Shown here one piece after another: positions 12,424 to 23,575 of a stretch of DNA of 64,000 nt. Each line of letters begins with the position of its first letter. Positions within the stretch are counted from its first letter, which is position 1. The notes beneath the pieces were generated by a model. The model made no database searches. It saw only the letters and a list, made by a program, of their open reading frames with translations, and was not told where the DNA came from. Source of the DNA: Azolla caroliniana (Eukaryota; Plantae; Polypodiophyta); NCBI GenBank assembly GCA_043228905.1, contig JBHGNT010000009.1:8246001-8310000 (forward strand), in the 5' to 3' direction. Both the position numbers and the translations under genes were made by a program.

Positions 12424-13104
12424 TTGGACAACCCTAGATCTGTGCAGCCCATTAGTGGTTCCATTCCCTCTAAGCAAGTTAGTGTTGTGTTCGTAGCCCA
12501 AGTAATAGTTAGTACTAAAAGTACCCCTCCAGTACATGTCCTAGCACTCCTAGATTCCGGAGCTAACTCTTGCTTTATGGATAAGAAATTTGCTCAAGCT
12601 CATAAGATATCCCTAAGAAAACTCCAGTGTCCAGCCTCTGTAGTAGTCATTGATGGACGTCCCATTGCTTCCGGAAATATCATAGAAGAGTCAGAGCCCA
12701 TTAATATTGTCCTAGATAACTTAGCATGTGTAGTATCATTTAATATTATTAGTATCCCAGAACATCCCATAGTTTTAGGATTACCGTGGTTCGAGTTACA
12801 TACCCAGACATAGATTGGAGAACAAGAGAAATCGGTGTCAACAAACCCAAGGGTCAATTCAGAAGATGGCAACCATTTCGCTACGTCAGTTGCATAAAGA
12901 AGGGCGCAAGGAGGAAATGTTCCTCTTTGCAATATCAGTAAACCCCTCCAGCACCACTAAAGAAGAATCCACCGTTCAACTTCCCGAGAAGTATCGTCAT
13001 TACGCTGATGTGTTCGATAAAGTACAAGCCAATACACTTCCTCATCATCGACCGTACGATTGCCCCATCGATTTACAACCGGGAAAAGAGCTGCCCATCC
13101 TTCG
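12424..13104 (+). pseudogene. Chromovirus protease and RT N-terminus (interrupted by the nested element)
   Basis: LLDSGANSCF, IVLGLPWF and YADVF...LPHHRPYDCPIDL. Confidence 0.9.
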
Positions 13105-13575
13105 TGTTATTCTCTGACCGGACAAGGCCTAACACAAGGTGTCACGGAGACACTTCACCAAAGGGTGATTACGGCATAGGATTATGACTCAACGATTACA
13201 CCGACTTACGTAGGTTACACGATTAGAGCGCTTTCGTTAATTACACGCGTAAGATATAACAGTAAGTACAGAACGGAAATCAACACAGAAGTATAAACAC
13301 CATACGCTCTATTAATTATCCGCTGCGATTACAATGGGGTCCGGGCCTTTAAATAGGTTTCCGGCCCGTAGTACAAAACGGTGCCTATCGCACCTATTCG
13401 GGATCCGTCCGGATCTGGAACGGCATACCGTTTCCAGTCCGTCCGTCCATACTATGCTTATTTACAACCATACTTAATTAATTCCTTCACTCCGTATTTT
13501 GGACTCCTTGCCGGCCGGTAACACATGGCACGCCCGTGGGACAGTACCTTGTACGTCGAACCCTTCTCGGCCCCT

Positions 13576-15771
13576 TCATTGTTCACCCAACTTGTCCAAA
13601 ATACTTTGTTCCAGAGTTTCCAATTGTTCTTCCGGTTGTGGTTGTTGCGGCTGTGCTTGCTGCTGCTGCTGTGGTTGCGGTTGGGACTGAGACTGCTCCG
13701 GCTGCTCTATAGGCGGCTGCTCCGTTTGTTTCTCTGACTCCGGCATCCCCGTTTGACTGCTTCCAGTCCGGTCTCCTTCCAGTAACGGTTCCTCATCACT
13801 GAGGTTGACCGTTACTGGTTCTCGTGCTTTCTCTTCTCGGATCGGGACCTCTCGTAGTACTCTGCGTTGATACNNNNNNNNNNNNNNNNNNNNNNNNNNN
13901 NNNNNNNNNNNNNNNNNNNNNNNNNNNNNNNNNNNNNNNNNNNNNNNNNNNNNNNNNNNNNNNNNNNNNNNNNACGGCTGCTCTATAGGCGGCTGCTCCG
14001 TTTGTTTCTCTGACTCCGGCATCCCCGTTTGACTGCTTCCAGTCCGGTCTCCTTCCAGTAACGGTTCCTCATCACTGAGGTTGACCGTTACTGGTTCTCG
14101 TGCTTTCTCTTCTCGGATCCGGGACCTCTCGTAGCTTTCAAACTGGATCTGCGCCTCCAGCCTGTCGTCGTCCAGCTGAGCTACAAGTTGCTGGACTTGC
14201 CCTAGTTGGTCCTCTGCCAAGGCTTGAAAGTCTTCGGCCAGCTCATCTCTTATGCCGGTGAAGTCTTCGGAAGTCAGCATATAGCAATCATCTCCCTCCT
14301 TCCGCCGGTTCTCTACGTCGGCCCGGAGCAATTGGAGTTCCGCCGCGTTCGAGGCCCACTTGGTCCACCATTTGGCGGAACCGTTGTCAATCAAGCTCTT
14401 GGTCTGGTTCAACCAGACCCACATGATATCCTGGATGCGACTTGCTCCCATTTGCGCTCTACTTTCCACAACTTGTCGTTCCTCCTTCAACTGCTTGATG
14501 AGATTAGCCGTATCCTCCGCCTGCTCTCTGTAGCGTGTCAACTGCCCTTGATATGTTGTCTGCAGCCTCTGCAGTACCTCCGCCGCTCTTTCTTTTTCCG
14601 CCTGTTGTTGCCTAAGGAGCTCTGTCCGAACCTTCTCCGCCTCTTCCAACCGTCTTCTGGTTTCCGCTTGTTCATTAGCGTATGCCGTTGCGGTCCGATC
14701 AACTGCTTGCCGGAGCTCATCTGTCCGTTCCTTGTGCTCCGTTTGCAACCGTTTATACTCCCTGTGCAAGTGCTCAAATTCCTTCGTTTTTTGTTTGAGC
14801 TTGCCGTTGATCTGGCGATGGTTCCGGTCCTCCCGGTCCTTTAGCTGCCGGAGTTCCTCTTTGAGGTGCTCTACTTCTGTTTCGGCGTTCCTCCGAAGCC
14901 TGTCCTTCTCTTGCAGCATTTTCTCCTTTTCCTCCTTGAGCCGGTTGTACGCTTGGTGGCCTTTTCGTAAGCTCTCCTCGGCCCAGCGTAGCTTCTCAGC
15001 AGTCTTTTTGAGTTCTGCCTCCGCTGCCGTCTTCAACTCTCTTTCGCGGCTCCTCAGCGCTTCTTGGGCAGCTAGCTCATCCTTTAAGTCCGCAAGCTCT
15101 TGGGCTTGTGCCGCATTTCTCTCCGGAACGGTTTCCGTTGCCGGGGTCTGATTGCTATGTACAGGTTGATCTGACGCTTTATTCTGTACATTGCCCGGAG
15201 TCACCAGTGCTTGGACTTGTGTTGTCAAAGCCAATTGAGCCATTTCCCTTGTGACCCTATCCAAGTCTTGTTCAAGGCTCCGGATTCTGGACCGGGCCGT
15301 CTCTAGATCTACGGTTGTGACGAGCAACCGTTCGTGGTGCGCTCTCTCCTCCGCCTCTATGTACTCGACCGCGCTCCGGCGATCTGCTCGCCTACCCACC
15401 GTAGCCACATGCTACTGGTGCCTTGCTGCTGTACTGGTCGGGTCGGCTCGTTCACTGTGGAATTGTCTGGCCTGAGTGCCTGTATCTGCCGTTCTGGTTC
15501 TACTCCTTGGCCGCTGTGTGTGTTGGCTGGGCTCGCCGGTTGTTGAGTTCCGGTTCTCGCCGTCTCCGGAGCCGTTGGAATGACTTCTTGTATAGAAGTC
15601 GACAAGGCCGGTTCTATACGCACCGGTTCCGGTTCCTCCCTTGTGGTTTGCTCAGGTTGAGTTGGGGGCGTTTCTTCCTTTTGCGGGTCCGAACGCTCCC
15701 CCGCTGTCCCGGCGGTCCTACTTCTTGACCGTCGTTGGAGGTGCTCTACTGGCTCCTCCGTTTCCTCTTCC
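13576..15771 (-). CDS. Long coiled-coil accessory ORF of the nested element (C-terminal part of ORF3; frameshift near 15390; spans the N gap)
   Basis: 610-aa E/K/R/Q-rich ORF 13576-15408 ending next to the left LTR. An upstream open Pro/Thr/Glu-rich frame runs to the inversion breakpoint. Confidence 0.65.
13874..13973. other. 100-N assembly gap with duplicated flanks
   Basis: N run. 13700-13857 is nearly identical to 13975-14133. Confidence 0.98.
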
Positions 15772-16359
15772 TTTGGTATGCCGTTCCAGATCCGGACGGA
15801 TCCCGAATAGGTGCGATAGGCACCGTTTTGTACTACGGGCCGGAAACCTATTTAAAGGCCCGGACCCCATTGTAATCGCAGCGGATAATTAATAGAGCGT
15901 ATGGTGTTTATACTTCTGTATTGATTTCCGTTCTGTACTTACTGTTATATCTTACGCGTGTAATTAACGAAAGCGCTCTAATCGTGTAACCTACGTAAGT
16001 CGGTGTAATCGTTGAGTCATAATCCTATGCCGTAATCACCCTTTGGTGAAACCTTGTCCGGTCAGAGAATAACACAGTTTTGGCGACCACGATTCCTGCT
16101 TTCTCGCAGCGAACGACGGCTTAATGGATGATGAGACCAACGCACGACCTGGTTACAGACCGAGCTCGACGCCTCGCCGAACGGCAAAGATGGCGTGAGA
16201 CTTTCCAGCAAGCAGCGCACGAAATTCGCTCGGATCGATCGTTCTCCAACGAGATCCGGAGATCCGTGACACCTTGTGTTAGGCCTTGTCCGGTCAGAGA
16301 ATAACACAGTTTTGGCGACCACGATTCCTGCTTTCTCGCAGCGAACGACGGCTTAATGG

Positions 16360-19300
16360 ATGACGAGACCAACGCACGACCTGGTTACAGACCGAGCTCG
16401 ACGCCTCGCCGAACGGCAAAGACGGCGTGAGACTTTCCAGCAAGCAGCGCACGAAATTCGCTCGGATCGATCGTTCTCCAACGAGATCCGGAGAGTCGCG
16501 GAGGAATCTCTTCGGTTACAGCAAACTCGCGACCAGGACGACGGAAGCAGTCTAAGTAGTCTCCGGGAAACCGAACGCCTCCTCGAGGCGCTGGCAAGCG
16601 GAGAAAACGAGGCAGAAGCCTTTTCAGCCTACGAATCGGATTCCGAAGGGGGATACAGCGTGCACACGAACTACCGGAGCAGCAACGATACCCCCGGCGG
16701 CCCGGAGGACGACGGGTCGGATACCGTGCCGACTCCAGAACCGGAACCGTTCGACCAGGGCTATCCGGAACCGCAAACTGAAGCCGTCAACCCACCAACA
16801 CCGGAAGTGGAAGAAGCGAAGCCACCGACTCCAACGAAAGAGCCGGTGAAGGAACCGGAAAAAGAACCGGAAGAGGAACCGGAAAAAGCACCGGCAAAAG
16901 AACTGGAAGTGGAACCGGAGAGAAAACCGGAAAGATATCAACAAACGCCACTAAACCGCGGCCTAATACTGGACGACGACATGCCGTTCCAATACTCAAA
17001 GTATCGCGATGATCCGGACGCGGAAGCGCATGTTCATGCCTTCGAGCAGACATGGGAAGCAAATCACGCGTCCCAGCGACTGACACCGGAGGAAGAAGAA
17101 CGCTCGAAGATAGCGGAATTCGGGGTCACGTTGGAAGGACCAGCGGCACGATGGCGGCGGACGCAGGACCCGGCGACCATCACAACCTTTGCAGAATTAA
17201 AAGCAAAATTCTTGCATTTTTTCCACAAGGAGGTCGACCAGACGACAATGGTGGGCCTGTTTTATACGATCCGACAGGAGGCAGGGGAAAGCATTCCCCA
17301 ATTCGTCATCCGTTTCCAACGAATGCATAGCCAGCTTGCCCGTGCACCCCCGGAGGAGGAATTACGGACGATATTTTTAAACGCACTCCGGGAACCGTTA
17401 CGCACGGTGTGTACGGTGATCGACTTTCGAGGAAGCACCATTGACCAGGTCATTGACCGGGTCAGAGAAATGGAAAAGTCAAGCTCATGGCTTACACTGG
17501 GAGCACTGCAACGGGCGTTACCCACAGATGAAGATCTCCGGTTCCGGCAGGCAATTCAATGCACAATCTGCTTGAATGCCGGACACTCGGCAGTGGAGTG
17601 CACCATGCGAACCCAGTGTGTGATTTGTCAATCCAAGAGTCATACAACCAACCGGTGCGAGTATAACCTGCTAAACCGACAAGCACCACCCGTCCGACGG
17701 ATCGAGCCAAGAAGCAGCCGAGACGAAGATGAAGATCGTTGGCAAAAAATGAACCGGTACCGACCGGCACAGGATGTCCGGTACGGAGACAGACAAGAGA
17801 ATGATGGCCGGTACGGGGATCGGCATGATAACTACGACCGGTATGAGCGATCGGACCGTTATCGGGAGTCCAACAGACGACACGAGCAATACGACAGAGA
17901 CCATTCCCCTGGTTACCGAAGGCACCAGGAGGATTACGGCCGATGTTACGATCCACCACGACAGGACTACCGAAATAAAAAGAACAATAAGAAACGTAAT
18001 TTCAAGAAAGGTGGTCACACTAGGGACCCGGAACATGGAACCCCAAGGAGCCAACCGGCACAGAGCGCACCACTCACTACGGGACCGACTCCGGCTACCA
18101 GCAATGCTGAATCCAGCAATACCCGTAAAGAGTACTGCTACTACTGCAGGCAGGAAGGCCACTACAGTAACCAGTGCCCGGCAAAGAGCTACGATAAACG
18201 ACCAGCAGTTAATATGGTGGTTCCGGAAGTGGCGGATGTACAGCAAGTAACCACACGGTCGAAAGGCATGGCCAAAGAGTGGGAAACACAAGAGGCCATA
18301 CGAAAACAGGCGACAGAATGGGTGAAGGAAGCCAATGAAAGGAACGTCGCGGACGCGGAACGGCAAAAGGCGAATACCATAGGGAGTGCCGGCGGTAGCC
18401 ACGCAGAAAACGAGACATGGCAAGCACTGCAAGAATGTCAGATCACGTTGCCATTAGGAAGACTCTTGCAGCTCGTGCCGCGATTTACGGAAGGACTAAA
18501 AACGGTCATGACAGACGGTATAGCCCCACCGGCACCAGTCCTCTTCTCGAATCCGGAGGAGGGACCGACGGTGGTGGACACTAGTAGTCCGGTGATTACA
18601 ACTATTGTCAAAGGGCACGAACTTCCCGGCACAGTAATCGATGGAGGTTCCGGGGTGAACGTAATAAGCCTCCGCACGTGTAATGCCTTGGGTATACATG
18701 AATGGGAGCCATGTCCGTTCTGGCTACGGATGGCGGATACGAGCTCTGTACGGCCGACGGGCTTAATACGGAAATTGGAAGTCACCATAGGAGGTCACAC
18801 ATTTCACATCTCGGCTGTAGTGCTGTAGCTACAGGCGCAAGGCGCGTACCCACTGTTGCTGGGCAGACCATGGTTGAAAACAGCACACATCAAGCAAAAT
18901 TGGCGGAAAAATATGATTACCTTCCAGCGCGGAAAAGCCAAGGTCCGGGTACCGACACAACCACGGACGAGCAACGGTAAGGAATGCACACCGCTGTATG
19001 CGGAATGCGTGAACATGCTTGAAGGGTTGGCAGACGACGAAGAAGCCCAGTACTTGGAGGAACACCCGAAGATCGTACCACTTTTCGAGATTGACGTGGC
19101 TGAAGCCGTAGCGCCATACTTGCCGCAGCGGGACGAAACCGAAGCCGAACCAGACAAAGATTCGATTCGGGAATTACGTCAAGCACGGGAAGCGTTGGAA
19201 CGGGAAATGGCCGTTTCCCAACGGGTAAAAACATCCCAGCTCGATGAAGTGAACCTAGGAAGCAAGGACGAATCAAAGCCGGTACACATCGCCAAAGAAA

Positions 19301-22203
19301 TGAAGCCGGAAGATAAAGCGGCGATGATCAAACTTCTCATGGAGTTTCGCGACGTATTCGCCTGGTCATACGAAGACATGCGAGGGCTGGACCCTGAATT
19401 ATATCAGCATCAGATCCACTTAGGCAAGGGCGCGAAACCAGTGGCGCAAAGACGTTACCGAATGAACCCCAACTACGCCGCCAAAGTGAAGGAGGAAATC
19501 GACAAACTCCTAAGAGTGGGCTTCATCCGGCCGGTAAAGAAAGCGACGTGGCTGAGCCCCATCGTCGTCGTCCCAAAGAAGAACGGTAAAATCCGCGTGT
19601 GTGTAGATTACAGGAAACTAAATGCAGCCACAATTACGGATGCATTCCCTCTTCCGTTCACGGATGGAGTACTGGATGCCGTCGCCGGCCATGAAGTTTA
19701 TAGCTTTTTAGACGGGTTCAGCGGATACAATCAAATCCGGATGCACCCTGACGACCAGGAGAAGACAGCGTTCGTCACCGAATGGGGGGTGTTTGTGGCC
19801 GTAGTAATGATGTTCGGACTAAAAACGGCACCAACAACTTTCCAGCGAATCATCATGGAGATCTTCAGCGAATACATTCCAGTCTTCATGCAGGTTTTCC
19901 TGGATGACTTTGCAGTCTACAGCCGGGAAAAAGACCATTTGCAGCACCTACGGTTATGCCTTGAAAAGTGTAGGTTATACCGGCTAAGCTTAAACCCAGC
20001 AAAATGCATCTTTGGGGTTTCAAGTGGAATATTACTGGGACACATTGTAAGTAAGGAGGGCATTGCGGTCGACCCGGACAAAGTAAACGCGATACTAGGG
20101 GCACCGGCGCCGAAAACGGCCAAAGCGCTAAGCCGATTCTTAGGACAGATCCGGTGGCACAACCGGATGCTCCGTCACTTGGCTGACTTGGCTACACCAT
20201 TACACACCGCGGTACATCGGACACCGTTCCAATGGAGAGATACGGAGGATAAGGCATACAATGCCCTGAAGGTACTTTTGTCGCAAGCACCCGTCGTGCA
20301 GCCTCCGGATTGGAGCAAGGAATTTCATGTGTTCGTTGACGCTTCCAACATCGCTATCGGCAGCGCCTTAATGCAACTTACGGAGCCTAAATGGTACCGG
20401 CCGGTATATTACGCCAGCCGGAAGCTGTCCCAAGCGGAGAAGAACTATTCGACGACGGAACGGGAGGCCCTGGGCATGATCTACAGTGTAACAAAGTTTC
20501 GTCATTACCTATTGGGAAGGAAGTTCTCCTTTCATGTGGATCACTCGGCGCTCCTGTACTTAGTGTCCAAGGCGTCCCTGACCGGTAAGTTGGCCCGTTG
20601 GACCTTGCTGTTGCAGGAGTTCGAATTCGAGATCTTCCACCGGCCCGGTATCCAGCATGCCGTAGCAGACTACCTGAGCCGGTTAGAGTCCGGAGAATCA
20701 GGCGACGGAGTATCGGATGAATTCCCGGACGCAGAGTTATTCCGTGTCACCCCGGAAACGGCAGCGGACGACACGGTGGCATCAGAAGATAGGTGGCTGA
20801 CAAACATGCACCAGTTCCTAAGCACAGGCCTGCCACCGGAGGAAATGAACCGGGACGAGAGGAAACGACTGGCGGTGCAGAGCCGCAATTTCTGTCTGTT
20901 ACGGGACACTCTCTACCACAAGGGAGCAGATGGAATATGGAGATGGGCAGTCCGTAGTGACGAGAAACAAGTAATCTTACGGGAAGCACACTGTGGGGTT
21001 GCCAGAGGACACTATGCCGGGGAAGCGACGGCAAGGAAAGTATGGCAGAGCGGCTTATGGTGGCCCACGACGTTAAAAGACGCCGTCAAGTATGCTAAGG
21101 AATGTGACCTATGCCAACGAATGGGCCAGCCTACGGAGCAAGCACGGATGCCACACCAACCGGTACTTCCACTAGAGCCATTCCAGAAGTGGGGGTTGGA
21201 TTTTGTCGGACCGTTCAAGCCACCGGCAATGAGAACGGGTAATCGTTATGTCATCGTGGCAACAGATTATTGCACTAAATGGGTGGAGGCTAAGGCCTTG
21301 AGAGACAACACCGCGTCATCCACAGCAAAATTCCTGTACGAAAACATTTGGTGCCGATATGGATGTCCGATTGAATTAATCAGCGACCAAGGAGGGCACT
21401 TCCTCGGCCAGGTAGTGGAAAGCTTAACAACGTTCTATGTCGTGGTCCATAAACGGAGCACACCGTACTACCCACAAGCAAACGGGTTAGCAGAGTCAAC
21501 CAACAAAACGCTCCAGAACATTCTCCGCAAAATCGTCAATGAAAACCGGACGGACTGGGATACAAAGCTCCATAGCGCGCTATGGGCGTACCGAACGGCA
21601 TACAAAACAAGTATCCGGACAACGCCGTTCCGGTTAGCGTTCGGCTTAGAGGCGGTCATGCCGGTGGAATTTCAGGTACCAAGCTTACGGATCCAACTAC
21701 GGGAACGACTGAATGAAAAGGAGTCGGAGGAAATGCGGCTAGCAGCACTATGCGAACTGGAGGAGCAACGGTTGGCCAGCATCCTACACATGGAACTGGA
21801 GCAACGACGACGGAAAGCGTTCGTTGACCGTCACCGGAAAGGTAATGAAAAGATGTTCGAAATCGGAAAGCCGGTGCTAGTATTCCAAACGAGGATGGGC
21901 AAGATGCCGGGTAAACTCCGGTTTAGATGGACAGGCCCGTATTGGCTGACACGGGAATACAACGGGTCCTATCAGTTAGGGACACTTGCCGGCGAAGTGC
22001 TAGGCAAGTGGGTCAACGGATTTAGACTAAAGCCTTATAAAGGACCGATGCCAAATAACCCGTTTATGCAGCCCACCGACACTATACCGGGAACGGTACG
22101 GATGGAAGAAAAAGACGACGGGGAACCCGTAGCAGAGGCGAAGGAAGACACGGCAACCCGTAAGGAAAACGGTAAGGGTCCGAAGGGACCTACGGATGTG
22201 TAA
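16360..22203 (+). pseudogene. Gag-PR-RT-RNaseH-INT polyprotein with one in-frame TAG at 18826-18828
   Basis: Gag IRQEAGES, Zn knuckles (CYYCRQEGHYSNQC), PR IDGGSGVN...LLGRPWL, RT VCVDYRKLN / FLDD, RH FVDAS...TTEREAL, INT H-H-C-C, LDFVGP, SDQG, QANGLAE. ORFs 16360 and 18856 share a frame. Confidence 0.95.
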
Positions 22204-22577
22204 GATCACATACCGTCATTTATAAAAATTTAAAAAAAAAAAAAAAAAAAACATTAAAAATCGAGGTATGAACGGACGTGAAAGCGAGGAGCGAAAAGGT
22301 ACGTAGTGGGCATTTAAGAGCCGCCACATTACTTAATACTAAATTGGTACACGACGTGCGCATGCTCGAAAAAGGCGCCAAGACGCACAGAGAAAAAGCA
22401 GAACGCATGGAGACCTTTTCATTTCGCGAGCCAAGAAGCACAGAAGCACCAAGGCAGTGGAAGCTTAGCAAACGCGAACCTGCACTCAGAGAACCCCCAC
22501 GTTCGGAACTCTCTCTCTCTCGCTCTCACTCTCATCACCACTCTACCTCGCCATCTTTCCTTGACCTCGAAGCAGAC

Positions 22578-23131
22578 ATGGAACCACAAACGCTGTCGGA
22601 AGCGGCCAGGAAATGGCTCAGGCAACACGGACTGGATGGGTTCTTGACCATCATGGAGGCACCACCGTACAAAGAAGCCGACCAGGTCATCAAGGAGCTC
22701 GACAAAGAAGTCATCACCGAGGAAGCGATCCGTGCGCTAACAGGCCTTCCGGAGGGAGGTATTTTTCAGATCGATAACCCAACCTCGGAGCAACTCATCC
22801 GATATTTCGGTGAGTACTCTCTAGCCGGCAAAGGCTATCGAACGCAGGGCGGCGAAGATCCGCTATTCAGGGAGATAGCTCGAGTGCTCCATGAGTACGG
22901 CCACGTGTACCCCCGACCCCCTGTCATGCCAAAAAATCGGGCAGGCATGATCATAGCCACCTATGAATGGATCAAGGTGGATTGGCCGGTGTTGATTGCA
23001 GACGGTTTGTGCGCGGCAATCGACACGGTACGAGGAAAGGACGGCAAGGAGGGCCGGAAGCTGTGGCATGCCGTAGCTCAGTGGATAACATTGCTCGCGC
23101 CGCCGGTCGAGACCCGGAAGAGGAAACGGAG
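22578..23131 (+). CDS. N-terminal part of accessory ORF3 downstream of pol (plant-transposon/PMD-like), cut at the inversion breakpoint
   Basis: MEPQTLSEAARKWLRQHGLDGFL...ITEEAIRALTGLPEGG...KVDWP. Preceded by a poly-A tract and a CT-rich leader. Confidence 0.55.
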
Positions 23132-23575
23132 AATCCCATCGTGGTCGCCAAAACTGTGTTATTCTCTGACCGGACAAGGCCTAACACAAGGTGTCACGGA
23201 GACACTTCACCAAAGGGTGATTACGGCATAGGATTATGACTCAACGATTACACCGACTTACGTAGGTTACACGATTAGAGTGCTTTCGTTAATTACACGC
23301 GTAAGATATAACAGTAAGTACAGAACGGAAATCAACACAGAAGTATAAACACCATACGCTCTATTAATTATCCGTTGCGATTACAATGGGGTCCGGGCCT
23401 TTAAATAGGTTTCCGGCCCGTAGTACAAAACGGTGCCTATCGCACCTATTCGGGATCCGTCCGGATCTGGAACGGCATACCGTTTCCAGTCCGTCCGTCC
23501 ATACTATGCTTATTTACAACAATACTTAATTAATTCCTTCACTCCGTATTTTGGACTCCTTGCTGGCCGGTAACA

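Larger units (their letters stand above)
13105..23575. mobile_element. Nested non-chromovirus Gypsy element with an inverted interior
   Basis: 419-bp direct LTRs 13105-13523 and 23157-23575 (TGTTA...TAACA, ~4 differences), TSD CTTCG. Reverse-complement partial LTR copies at 15775-16074 and 16263-16306. Confidence 0.92.

Noticed and set aside
13700-14133. Tandem duplication within the coiled-coil ORF
   Set aside because: It straddles a 100-N gap and is probably overlapping contig ends.
18826-18828. Programmed stop-codon readthrough between gag and pol
   Set aside because: The TAG falls inside the protease domain (before LLGRPWL). A CAG>TAG mutation is the simpler explanation.
14206-21659. 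Many alternative-frame and antisense ORFs over the nested Gypsy
   Set aside because: Shadow ORFs of GC-rich coding sequence with no recognisable motifs.
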